A stretch of 32,000 nt of DNA from the NCBI RefSeq assembly GCF_000007985.2, contig NC_002939.5:2340001-2372000 (forward strand), given 5' to 3'. The DNA is from Geobacter sulfurreducens PCA (GTDB lineage Bacteria; Desulfobacterota; Desulfuromonadia; Geobacterales; Geobacteraceae). This document shows, piece after piece, positions 8,497 to 16,996 of this stretch (the first letter of the stretch is position 1; every line of letters starts with the position of its first letter). Made by a program: the position numbers and the translations under genes. Below the pieces are notes generated by a model. It did not search any database. It worked only from the letters and a program-made list of their open reading frames with translations, and was not told the origin of the DNA.

Positions 8497-8772
8497 TTAT
8501 TTCCCAGGCTTGTTCAAAACTCTCATTGTCCTGTTGTCTTCTTTCAATTTGCGCTCAAGCAGGTTCAACTCTTCAGACGTGTAGACCTTTTCACCTTTTG
8601 CAATTTCCTTATTCAATTTTGCTATCCGTTCCGGCAAGCTATCAAGCACGTTCGGGCAGTTCTTGCCATACAGGAGGCAGTCGTCTTTCCCCTCTGGTGG
8701 CACAGAAGCAAATGCCGGAATAGCAGCCAATGCGAGAGCGGCAGCACAAACAGACACGATGATTTTCTTCAT
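8497..8772 (-). CDS. small secreted hypothetical protein
   Basis: AAGGAG RBS. Signal peptide MKKIIVSVCAAALALAAIPAFA. Two Cys (DDCLLYGKNC) followed by a charged helical tail. The ATG overlaps the upstream gene's stop (ATGA). Confidence 0.6.
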   Translation of the reverse strand: MKKIIVSVCAAALALAAIPAFASVPPEGKDDCLLYGKNCPNVLDSLPERIAKLNKEIAKGEKVYTSEELNLLERKLKEDNRTMRVLNKPGK

Positions 8773-9164
8773 GGGTTAGTCTCCTTTTGTGTAGCCTGCC
8801 ACGCTTTCCGCATGGCAGGACGGTTGAGGTTGTATTTAAGCAGAATCTTGTGAATAGACTGACGGCTCAAAGATATTCCTTGATCTGCAAGTGATTTTTT
8901 CAGCCGTTGTGTCCCCCGTTCGGGATTTAAAGCCACCAGCGCAAGTATTTTTTCCGGCGCTCCAAGTGCGGCTGCTTTCGAGAAGTATTTCTTGGCCTTT
9001 GCCTGGTGAATCTTTTCTGCTGCCCTCTCTTCAGCGAGTGGAGCAAGAGAGCATACGGTTTTGCTTTTCAACCTCTCAGCGACATCGTCAAGGATCTCTG
9101 CCAACTCTGCCATGGTGAGCCGCCTACGCTTTCCAACGTTTCCTGACCCCGTAGTAGCATCCAT
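8769..9164 (-). CDS. helix-turn-helix protein (resembles the N-terminal HTH of transposases)
   Basis: GGAGG RBS. ILALVALNPERGTQRLKKSLADQGISLSRQSIHKILLKYNL looks like a homeodomain-like or winged HTH. No catalytic domain follows. Confidence 0.5.
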   Translation of the reverse strand: MDATTGSGNVGKRRRLTMAELAEILDDVAERLKSKTVCSLAPLAEERAAEKIHQAKAKKYFSKAAALGAPEKILALVALNPERGTQRLKKSLADQGISLSRQSIHKILLKYNLNRPAMRKAWQATQKETNP

Positions 9165-9182
9165 TCGGCCCCTCCAAGTGGT

Positions 9183-9767
9183 CTAAACTTCCTTGCCATT
9201 CAACATTACTCTCAGCGATCTGATACCTTCGGTAAAACTGGTAGTGCTATACATTCCCGGACGCCGCTTCCCCGGCTTCGTACTGTATATTGGCTCTACC
9301 ACCAGGCTGTTGCGATCTCCCTCATTGAGGGTAATTTCCCTCGCAATGGCAACTTCGTCGTCGGGAAGCGCAACGACTATCTTGTGGATACCGGCCTTCA
9401 GACGGAGATTCTTGCTGAAGCGGTACCTGATACCGTCGCCAGCTTCCGGGTCCACCAGTTTCATCGGCTCGTTGTTTTCCTTCTGCAAACTTCCTTGTAG
9501 CAGCACGGCTTGACCGTCGATATTCAACAGCAGCTTATAATCTGGCGTTCCATGAATATCCTTTGCGGAATAAATGCCAGGTTTGTGTGTCTTGAAAGTG
9601 GCTGTTAGGCGCACATCAACATCCCCTTGCGGCGCAGTCACACCGTTCGTCAGCTCCTCAAATACATCGGTACGTAAGCTAACGCTGTTTGCCTTAATCA
9701 ACGCCGAGCTTTCCGCACAACCGCTTAACAACGAAATCGCCATTACCAATAGGCATAACCTTTTCAT
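9183..9767 (-). CDS. lipoprotein, unknown function
   Basis: Lipobox LLSGC at residues 13-17 and an otherwise beta-rich sequence. No recognisable motif. Confidence 0.6.
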   Translation of the reverse strand: MKRLCLLVMAISLLSGCAESSALIKANSVSLRTDVFEELTNGVTAPQGDVDVRLTATFKTHKPGIYSAKDIHGTPDYKLLLNIDGQAVLLQGSLQKENNEPMKLVDPEAGDGIRYRFSKNLRLKAGIHKIVVALPDDEVAIAREITLNEGDRNSLVVEPIYSTKPGKRRPGMYSTTSFTEGIRSLRVMLNGKEV

Positions 9768-9828
9768 GATTCAGCTCCTTTCATGTTTGGCTGTCGACTC
9801 ATGTCTATTCACTCGGGATTGTACGTAG

Positions 9829-10170
9829 TTAAATTGCTGAGCTTCCCCGTTCATTTGTTCTGATCTTCACTACGTCGTCGATTGTGGATATGAATATCTT
9901 CCCGTCACCCGTGTTGCCGGTATGGGCATACTTTTGAATCACGTTGACAACATCATCAACCATGTCATCAGCCACAACGACCTCCAGCTTGACACGAGGG
10001 ATGAACTCCACCATTTCATAGAGAATCTTGTCCGTGGCGTTCCTTGCTTTACCTTTGCCGAATCCCTTGATTTCCGAAACCGTCACGCCGGGCATGCCAT
10101 CAATGGCGTGAAGTTCCTCGGCGACATCCCGTAATTTCCCTGGCCGAATGATTGCTTTTATCTCTTTCAT
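9829..10170 (-). CDS. P-II (GlnB-like) family signal-transduction protein, efflux-pump-linked type
   Basis: MKEIKAIIRP...GFGKGK...VKLEVVV...TGNTGDGKIFIS...IRTNERG matches the P-II fold motifs (T-loop and B-loop). I prefer the ATG at 10170 (RBS AGGAG 7 nt upstream) over the listed 10197. It lies directly after the RND gene stop (10201). Confidence 0.8.
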   Translation of the reverse strand: MKEIKAIIRPGKLRDVAEELHAIDGMPGVTVSEIKGFGKGKARNATDKILYEMVEFIPRVKLEVVVADDMVDDVVNVIQKYAHTGNTGDGKIFISTIDDVVKIRTNERGSSAI

Positions 10171-10200
10171 CGCATTCTCCTTTCGAAGTTTATTCAAAAC

Positions 10201-13200
10201 CTACATCTCTTCTTCAATTTTCCGATTCTCAAACCAGCCGTACACCGCCGGGATGATCAACAGAGTCAGCAGGGTCGAGGTAATCAAGCCACCCACAACG
10301 ACCGTTGCCAGCGGCTTCTGGATCTCCGACCCGGTGCCCTGTGCCAGCAGCATCGGCATCAGGCTGAAGATGGCGATGGATGCTGTCATCAGCACCGGTC
10401 GCAACCGGTCAACGGCCCCTTTGCGGATCGCCTCACCGAGTTCCATCCCTTCATCCCTGAGCTGCGCGATGCGGGACACCAGTACCAGTCCGTTCAGCAC
10501 CGCCACCCCAAAGAGGACGATAAATCCGACCGACGCCGGGACCGAAAGATACTGACCGGAGAGGAAGAGCGAAAAGATGCCGCCGATGAGCGCGAATGGC
10601 AGGTTGGAAATCACCAGCAGCGCCAGGCGAATGGAGCGGAAGGTGACGTAGAGCAGCAAGAGGATCAGACCGATGGCTACCGGGCCGATGATCATCAGCT
10701 TGTTCATGGCCCGTTGCTGGTTTTCGAACTGGCCGCCCCATGTGAGATAATACCCGGGGGGAAGTTTGACCTGATCCTTGATCTTTGCTTTCGCCTCGGC
10801 CACAAAACTCCCCATATCCCGGCCGGTGACGTTCATCTCGATGCCGATCCTCCGCACGCCGTCCTGACGGCTGATCTGCACCGGTCCCTCTACCATCTTC
10901 ACTTCGGCCAGCTGTTCCAGCGGAATGTTCATCCCTGTTTTGGTGGTGATTAGCAGGTTCTTGATGGTCTCAATGGAGTTCCGCTTCTCCTCTGGCAGCC
11001 GGACCGTGATGTCGAAGCCCCGGTTTACCTCATAGAAAGTGGAAGCCGCCTTGCCTGCCACCGCTATCTCGATGACATTCTGCACGTCGCTGATATTGAG
11101 GCCGTAGCGGGCAATTTTGGCCCGGTCGATGGTGACGGTCAGGTAGGGCTGGCCCGAGACCTTTTCCGTGTTCAGATCGGTCCCACCCCTGACAGTGGAA
11201 AGCACCTTGGCTATTTCCGCCGACTTGTCCCGCAGTACGTCAAGGTCTTCGCCGAACAGCTTGACGATCAATTGGGCTCGTGTGCCGGCCACCAGTTCGT
11301 CGATGCGGCACTGGATCGGCTGGCTGAAGCCGAAGCTGATCCCCGGGATGGTCTCCAGCGCCTCACGCATCTCGTTGGTCAACTCTTCCTTGGAGATATC
11401 CCGCTTCCATTCGCTCTTCGGCTTGAACACGCCCACGTAGCCGGTTTTGTCCACGCCACGGGTGTCGAGGGCGACGCCGGTCTGGCCGATGCGACCGATA
11501 ACCACATCCAGTTCGTCGAACGTCTTCAATTTGGCGGCAGCCTGCTGGTTCACCTCCTGCGATTTGGCCAGGGAAACACCGGGAAGCATGGAGATATCCA
11601 TGTCAAAGGAGCCTTCATCCATAATCGGGATAAACTCCGATCCCAGCCTGGTCACCAGGAACAATGAGACCACCAGCAACCCGCCAGCAATGCCGAGGAC
11701 GACCTTTTTCTTGTTCAGCGCATACTCCAGCATCGGCAGATACTGGCTCTTGGCATAGGCCATGATCCTGCTGTCTTTTTCCTCCTCCGGTTTGAGAAAC
11801 AGGCTGCAGAGCACTGGGATGATAAAGATGGAAAGGAGCAGAGAGGAAAGCAAGGCGATGGCTACGGTGATGGCTAGCGGGCCGAACATCTTCCCTTCGA
11901 TCCCTTCCAGGGTCAGGATCGGGATGAAGGTGAGGGCGATTATCAGTTCACCGAAGATGCTCGGCTTGCGCACCTCCATGACCGCCTTGAGCACCGTAGC
12001 GAGCTTGGGGTGCAGATGCCCCTCCTCGCTCAGATGCCGCTGGACGTTCTCCACCTGTATGATGGTGGTGTCGATGATCATGCCGATGGAGATGGCCAGG
12101 CCGCCAAGGGACATGAGGTTGGCGGTAATCCCAGTCAGTTTCATGACGATGAAGGTCGCCAGGAGCGACAGCGGCAGCGCGAGCAGCACGACGATACTGC
12201 CGCGAATGCTGTTCAACAGCAGGTAGAGCACGATCAGCACCAGGATGGAGCCTTCGATCAGCGCCTTGTTGACCGTTCCGACACTGGCCTTGACGATATC
12301 GCTCCGGTCGTAATAGGGAACCATCTTGACCCCATCCGGCAGCATGTTGCTTTCGTTGATCTCCTTGACCTTGGCCGCCACCCGGCGCACTACGTCGCGG
12401 CTGTTCTCGCCCCGCAGCATCATGACAATGCCGCCAACCGCCTCGTCGGCACCGTTTTTGATGGCGGCCCCCATGCGAACCGCCTCGCCTACTTTGACTT
12501 GCGCCACGTCACGCAGATACGTGGGTGTGCCTCCGGTGGATTTCAGGACGATATTCTCGATATCACTGATGCTCTGTATCAGGCCGACGCCGCGCACGAT
12601 GTACTGGTCCGTGCCCCGTTCCAGGATATTGCCGCCGACGTTGCTGTTGTTGCTGCCGATGGCGTTATACACATCGTCCACGGTGACCCCGTATTTGACC
12701 AGCTTCTCCGGCGAGACGAGCACCTGGTACTGCTTGAAATAGCCGCCGAAGGAGTTGATCTCGTTCACCCCGGCGACGCTCTTCAACTGGGGAGTGATGA
12801 CCCATTCCTGCATGGTGCGCAGGTTGGTCAGATAGGCCCGTTTCTGTTCCGGGTCCTGGGGCACCTTCCCTTCCAGGGTGTACTGGTAGATCTCCCCCAT
12901 GGCGGTGCCGATGGGCCCCATGGCGACCTGAACACCCTTCGGCACCTTCTCCCGCGCCTCGGCCAGCCGTTCGAAAACCAGCTGCCGGGCGAAGTAGATA
13001 TCCACATTGTCCTTGAAGACGATGGTGACAATGGAGAGGCCGAACTTGGTCACGGAGCGGAGCTGCTCGATGTCCGGCAGGCCGCGCATGGACATTTCTA
13101 TCGGGTAGGTGACATTCCGTTCGATTTCGACCGCCGACAGGCCATCGGCGTGGCTGACCACTTCCACCTGGATGTTGGTTACATCCGGGAAGGCGTCAAT

Positions 13201-13305
13201 CGGCAATTTGGTGTACGAGTAGAAGCCGAAAACAACGATCACCAGCGCAGCGAAGATGACCATCCCTTTCTGCTTCAAGGTATATGCGATGAGTTTTTCT
13301 AGCAT
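10201..13305 (-). CDS. heavy-metal efflux RND transporter (CzcA/CusA family), inner-membrane subunit
   Basis: 1034 aa with AGGAG RBS. Typical HME-RND N-terminus LIAYTLKQKGMVIFAALVIV...DAFPDVTN. TM4 region GGLAISIGMIIDTTIIQVEN. 12-TM layout with two large periplasmic loops. Confidence 0.9.
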   Translation of the reverse strand: MLEKLIAYTLKQKGMVIFAALVIVVFGFYSYTKLPIDAFPDVTNIQVEVVSHADGLSAVEIERNVTYPIEMSMRGLPDIEQLRSVTKFGLSIVTIVFKDNVDIYFARQLVFERLAEAREKVPKGVQVAMGPIGTAMGEIYQYTLEGKVPQDPEQKRAYLTNLRTMQEWVITPQLKSVAGVNEINSFGGYFKQYQVLVSPEKLVKYGVTVDDVYNAIGSNNSNVGGNILERGTDQYIVRGVGLIQSISDIENIVLKSTGGTPTYLRDVAQVKVGEAVRMGAAIKNGADEAVGGIVMMLRGENSRDVVRRVAAKVKEINESNMLPDGVKMVPYYDRSDIVKASVGTVNKALIEGSILVLIVLYLLLNSIRGSIVVLLALPLSLLATFIVMKLTGITANLMSLGGLAISIGMIIDTTIIQVENVQRHLSEEGHLHPKLATVLKAVMEVRKPSIFGELIIALTFIPILTLEGIEGKMFGPLAITVAIALLSSLLLSIFIIPVLCSLFLKPEEEKDSRIMAYAKSQYLPMLEYALNKKKVVLGIAGGLLVVSLFLVTRLGSEFIPIMDEGSFDMDISMLPGVSLAKSQEVNQQAAAKLKTFDELDVVIGRIGQTGVALDTRGVDKTGYVGVFKPKSEWKRDISKEELTNEMREALETIPGISFGFSQPIQCRIDELVAGTRAQLIVKLFGEDLDVLRDKSAEIAKVLSTVRGGTDLNTEKVSGQPYLTVTIDRAKIARYGLNISDVQNVIEIAVAGKAASTFYEVNRGFDITVRLPEEKRNSIETIKNLLITTKTGMNIPLEQLAEVKMVEGPVQISRQDGVRRIGIEMNVTGRDMGSFVAEAKAKIKDQVKLPPGYYLTWGGQFENQQRAMNKLMIIGPVAIGLILLLLYVTFRSIRLALLVISNLPFALIGGIFSLFLSGQYLSVPASVGFIVLFGVAVLNGLVLVSRIAQLRDEGMELGEAIRKGAVDRLRPVLMTASIAIFSLMPMLLAQGTGSEIQKPLATVVVGGLITSTLLTLLIIPAVYGWFENRKIEEEM

Positions 13306-13319
13306 GGGTGGTTATCTCC

Positions 13320-14576
13320 TCAGTGTTCGTCGTCCTCTAGTTCTTCCTTCTTCAGTTCCGACTTCAGGGTGAAAGCGCCCTTGGTGGCATAGCGTTCACC
13401 TTCCTTGAGGCCGGAAACCACTTCCACCATGCCGCCCACAGTCCTTCCCAGCTCTACGACCCTCGGTTCGAACTCGGTCTCCTTTTCAGCGACAAAGATC
13501 ACCTTCTTGCCGTCCAGTTCCAGTACGGCCTCTTCAGGCACCGCCAGCACCGGCGGCGCGTCTGCGGCAATCGCCAGTTCGACGGTGGCGAACATCTCCG
13601 GTTTCAGCTTGCGGCCCGGATTGGGTACTTCGACCCGTGCCTTGACCGTGCGGGTAGCCTCGTCAACCAGGTCGGCAAGATAGGTTATCCGACCGCGGAA
13701 CTTCTTGTCGGGAAAGGCGCCGACGATGACGGTTGCCGCCTGTCCCCGGCGGACCTTGGCCAGGTCCTTTTCGTGAATATCCACCAGCACCCAGACCGAC
13801 GACAGGTCGGCCACGGTGTAAAGGCTCTTGGAGGGGTCGGACAGCTCGCCGACAATGGCGTGTTTCTCGGTGATGACCCCGCCGATCGGCGACCGCACCG
13901 GCAGGAGCGGCTTCTTGTGGTTATCTGACTTGAGATCGGAGAGGTTGATACCGTACAGAGAGAGACGCTCTTCGTCGGTATGCAGCTCGGTCTGGGCGGT
14001 CTTGTAATCGGTCTCAGCCTGGAGGATCTCCTTGCGGGCCGCAATCTTCTTGTCTACCAACACCTTGATCCGATCCATGTTGGATTGGGCCAGGGCCAGC
14101 TTGGTCCGTGACTGGTGGTAGCGATTGAGCGCTTCACCCAGCTCGACGCTGTCCAGCGTGACGAGCACCTGTCCGGCAGCAACGCTGTCACCCAGGGAAG
14201 ACCTGACCGCCACTATCTTGCCGGGGATGCGCGGGGAGACATGGGCGATCCGGTCGGCATTGGCCTCCACCTTGCCGGTGGCGCTGATGACGCCAGCCAG
14301 GCGCTGCTTTTTTGCCGGCGCCACGACCACGCCGCTCTGTTTCTGTACCTCGGCGGACATCTTGACGAGTTTTTCCTCGCCGTGCTCGTCATGCTCTTCC
14401 TTCTTTTCCTTCTCTTCCTTCCCTTCGTCGTGACCGCCTTTTTCGTCCTTATGGCCGGCCTCTTTTTGTTCGGCTTTTTCTCCGCCCCCGGTGGTGGAAT
14501 GGGTCAGCCGGTAAGCGACGCCGCCCCCCAGGGCCAGGGCCAGGATAAGTCCGATGATGATTGCTTTCTTGTTCAC
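13320..14576 (-). CDS. RND periplasmic adaptor (membrane fusion protein, CzcB-like) with His/Glu/Lys-rich N-terminal tract
   Basis: GTG start overlaps the OMF stop (GTGA), with a GGAGG RBS. N-terminal TM followed by GGGEKAEQKEAGHKDEKGGHDEGKEEKEKKEEHDEHGEEK. Typical HlyD/MFP barrel-sandwich segments are present. Confidence 0.85.
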   Translation of the reverse strand: MNKKAIIIGLILALALGGGVAYRLTHSTTGGGEKAEQKEAGHKDEKGGHDEGKEEKEKKEEHDEHGEEKLVKMSAEVQKQSGVVVAPAKKQRLAGVISATGKVEANADRIAHVSPRIPGKIVAVRSSLGDSVAAGQVLVTLDSVELGEALNRYHQSRTKLALAQSNMDRIKVLVDKKIAARKEILQAETDYKTAQTELHTDEERLSLYGINLSDLKSDNHKKPLLPVRSPIGGVITEKHAIVGELSDPSKSLYTVADLSSVWVLVDIHEKDLAKVRRGQAATVIVGAFPDKKFRGRITYLADLVDEATRTVKARVEVPNPGRKLKPEMFATVELAIAADAPPVLAVPEEAVLELDGKKVIFVAEKETEFEPRVVELGRTVGGMVEVVSGLKEGERYATKGAFTLKSELKKEELEDDEH

Positions 14577-15886
14577 TGCACACCTCCGTTGATGTCTGTC
14601 GCCACTGCTGATTCGAGTTTTACGAGTGCCAGCTGCCGGTCATGGAGCGCCGTCAGATAGCCGTCGCTGACCTCGAAGAATTTCTTCTGTTCCTGGATGA
14701 CTGAGAGAATCCCGACCTCACCCAGCCGGTACGCCTCCTGGGTCAGTTTCAGGTTTTCCTCAAGTTGGGGAATGATGTTTGACTTATAGAGCGACAGCAC
14801 CTTCTCGGCATTCAGAGCGCTGATATAGGCGGTCTCTACGTCCCGCTCCACGATCCTGGTAGCAGCAGTCAAACGGCTTTCACTGCTGCTCCGTTTGGCC
14901 CGGGCTTCCTGAAGGCCGGCCTGATTCTTGTCGAACACTGGGATCGGCATTGAAAGCCGGATGCCAAGCAGGTTGTCGCGGACTTTTTCTTCCCCTGTGC
15001 CGGTTGCGTCTGTTCTGCGGTCATGGGTATAGAAAAGGCCTGCCGTGAGGTTGGGAACTTTCTCAGCCTCGGCAAGGGTGATGTCCGCGTCACCCCGCCC
15101 TTTTTCGGCCTCCAGCGCCTTCAGATCGGGGCGTAGGCCAAGCGCCAGCTGCTTCAGGTCAGCCAGATTCTTGTTGAGGGAAAAGCCGTTATCCAGGGTC
15201 CCGGCAATCGCCGGTGCTTCACCGGCAGGCAGCCCCATGAAGGCAAAGAGTCTGGATCTTGTTTGCAGAAGCGCCCGCTCGACCTCGATCCGGGCACCTT
15301 CGCTACGGGTCAACTCAACCTTGGCCAGATTCATCTCCAGTTCGGGAATGTCACCGGCGGCCAGACGATCCTTGGTGACCTCAAGAAGTTGCCGGTTAAG
15401 ATCAATGGAGCGGTCCGTCAGCTTGAGCCGCTGTTCGGCAAGCATGACGTCATAGAATACGGCCTTTACTTCTTCCCGTAATGTTCGTTCGCGATCAGCC
15501 AACTGCCAGCGATAGGCTTCCAGTTCGCGTTCAGCAACGGTCAGGCGCTTGTCACGCTTGCCCGCCAGCAGAAATTCCTGGGAGACCCCAATCGTCAGGT
15601 TGTTTTCGTCGCTGCTGCCGGTCAGGGCACCGGTGCCGGCTTCCAGATCGAGAGTCGGGTTGGGCAGGAGACCGGCCCTGAACTTGCTGGCATCGCGGAC
15701 ACCTTTTTCCTCCCGCAGTGCTTTGAGTTCGCCATTATTTTGCAGCGAGTACTCGATAACCTTGGGCAATGACAGGGACGGCTCGTCAGCCCGAACCAGG
15801 GTGGACGACAATAAAACGGCAATTCCTGGCACTAGGAGCAAGGCTCCCCGTGCGAATACTGTTGTTCCCAATGAAATAACCTCCAT
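14573..15886 (-). CDS. outer-membrane efflux factor (CzcC/TolC family)
   Basis: Two OEP-type repeats with coiled-coil segments. The signal-like N-terminus is after MEVISLG. The listed start at 15940 is TTG. I prefer the ATG at 15886, but neither has a strong RBS. Confidence 0.8.
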   Translation of the reverse strand: MEVISLGTTVFARGALLLVPGIAVLLSSTLVRADEPSLSLPKVIEYSLQNNGELKALREEKGVRDASKFRAGLLPNPTLDLEAGTGALTGSSDENNLTIGVSQEFLLAGKRDKRLTVAERELEAYRWQLADRERTLREEVKAVFYDVMLAEQRLKLTDRSIDLNRQLLEVTKDRLAAGDIPELEMNLAKVELTRSEGARIEVERALLQTRSRLFAFMGLPAGEAPAIAGTLDNGFSLNKNLADLKQLALGLRPDLKALEAEKGRGDADITLAEAEKVPNLTAGLFYTHDRRTDATGTGEEKVRDNLLGIRLSMPIPVFDKNQAGLQEARAKRSSSESRLTAATRIVERDVETAYISALNAEKVLSLYKSNIIPQLEENLKLTQEAYRLGEVGILSVIQEQKKFFEVSDGYLTALHDRQLALVKLESAVATDINGGVQ

Positions 15887-15993
15887 ATTCAGTTTTGTTA
15901 CAACGATTAATAATAGGTGCGGACGTACCACGACGGACAACGCGGATGCAGTTGTCCCTTGGAATCAGGACAAACTACTCCCGACACAGGGGG

Positions 15994-16359
15994 TTAAGCG
16001 TGGATTTGAGGGGGGATAAACTTGGAAAGATAGACTTCGGGTAGATATTGGTACGGATCGGAAAAACCTAAACTCAAAATGATTGGATTGTAGTGCACCA
16101 CTAGTTGCTGAACAGCCAGAGGAGCATGGCATGCGCAGTTGATGCAGGTGTCGCAGCCATCGTAGTCCTTATGCTCAGCAGGCGGAGTGCAGGGGCACTG
16201 GTGCGGTACGGAAATCTGCGAGAGCGATGCTTGATCGCTCGATGCCTTGACATGATCCTGCATGGCGTGTGCGCTTTCATGCACACCATGAACCGTCATG
16301 ATCACCATTACGATGAGTAGCAATTTGGCTACGAATTTTAGGGGGATTAGTTTCTGCAT
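15994..16359 (-). CDS. small membrane-anchored/exported Cys-rich protein, first gene of the efflux operon, paralog of 8064-8411
   Basis: Hydrophobic N-terminus. CPCTPP...CDTCINCAC, then DPYQYLPEVYLSKFIPPQ. Same order of elements as the 8064-8411 product. Confidence 0.55.
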   Translation of the reverse strand: MQKLIPLKFVAKLLLIVMVIMTVHGVHESAHAMQDHVKASSDQASLSQISVPHQCPCTPPAEHKDYDGCDTCINCACHAPLAVQQLVVHYNPIILSLGFSDPYQYLPEVYLSKFIPPQIHA

Positions 16360-16371
16360 AGGTTTCTTGTC

Positions 16372-16401
16372 ACTTTAATCAAACACTAGGACAAATGTCA
16401 A
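16372..16401 (-). promoter_or_regulatory. candidate sigma70-type promoter of the efflux operon
   Basis: On the minus strand: TTGACA (16401-16396), an 18-nt spacer, then TAAAGT (16377-16372), just upstream of the ATG at 16359. Confidence 0.4.
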
Positions 16402-16438
16402 GAATCATCATCTGACAGGATTTTGTCGATTAGTTTGT

Positions 16439-16447
16439 GTGGTACCT
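16439..16447. repeat. 9-bp target-site duplication of the IS4-family element, left copy (GTGGTACCT)
   Basis: The same 9-mer occurs at 19053-19061, directly outside the perfect terminal inverted repeats. Confidence 0.85.
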
Positions 16448-16466
16448 CACTGCTGTCCCATAGTTT

Positions 16467-16568
16467 CTAAAGCAGCACCAGTTGTGGCGAAGCCTCTACT
16501 TTCGGTGGTTTGAATAGGCTTTCAAGGTCTCGCCGCTCGAACAAATTCAGCTGTAATAACCGTAATAT
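16467..16568 (-). pseudogene. 3' fragment of the IS4-family transposase gene
   Basis: On the minus strand, ...LRLLQLNLFERRDLESLFKPPKVEASPQLVLL then stop (TAG, 16469-16467) continues the frame of 17920-18950 once the nested IS is removed. The stop lies just inside the terminal repeat. Confidence 0.75.
16555..16568. repeat. 14-bp target-site duplication of IS3-like copy 2, left copy (AATAACCGTAATAT)
   Basis: The exact 14-mer recurs at 17920-17933. Confidence 0.9.
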
Positions 16569-16633
16569 TATGGCGGCCCCGGTTTTCTTGGACACGAAAA
16601 TGAGGTAAATCTAGGTGTTCAAGGAGGTCGTCA

Positions 16634-16996
16634 ATGGAAAAGGATGTCAGTGTCTCCGGTGCGGCGGAAGGAGAGCGTAGCTCGACTGGAGCAGCACCGG
16701 AAGTCAAACGTTGGAGCGCCAACCGCAAAAAGGAGGTTGTCCTGCGGTTGATGCGCGGTGAACCAATCGATGCCTTGTCCCGTGAGTTGGGCATCGAAAT
16801 CTATCGCCTGGAAGAGTGGCATCAGAAAGCACTCCAGGGGATAGAATCTGCTCTCAAGGCTCGTGAAGGTGATCCGTTGGCAGCGGAACTCGATGCAGCC
16901 TTCAAGCGCATCGGTGAGATCACCATGGAAAACGAGCTACTGCGGGAGAAAGCGAGGCGTGCCCACCCTTTGGCCCAGAGGAGATCGAAGAAATGA
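16634..16996 (+). CDS. IS3-like transposase OrfA (copy 2)
   Basis: Translation identical to 6188-6550. Confidence 0.85.
   Translation: MEKDVSVSGAAEGERSSTGAAPEVKRWSANRKKEVVLRLMRGEPIDALSRELGIEIYRLEEWHQKALQGIESALKAREGDPLAAELDAAFKRIGEITMENELLREKARRAHPLAQRRSKK

Noticed and set aside
8430-8853. Plus-strand ORFs at 8430-8723 and 8461-8853.
   Set aside because: They are antisense to two minus-strand genes that have good RBSs and signal peptides. Their translations are Cys/Phe/Leu-rich and look like noise.
12010-13302. A 430-aa plus-strand ORF, plus several other long ORFs, antisense to the RND gene.
   Set aside because: They lie entirely antisense to a strongly supported 1034-aa transporter. The translations are low-complexity (rich in D, H, G and L) with no motifs or RBS, as is typical of GC-rich antisense frames.
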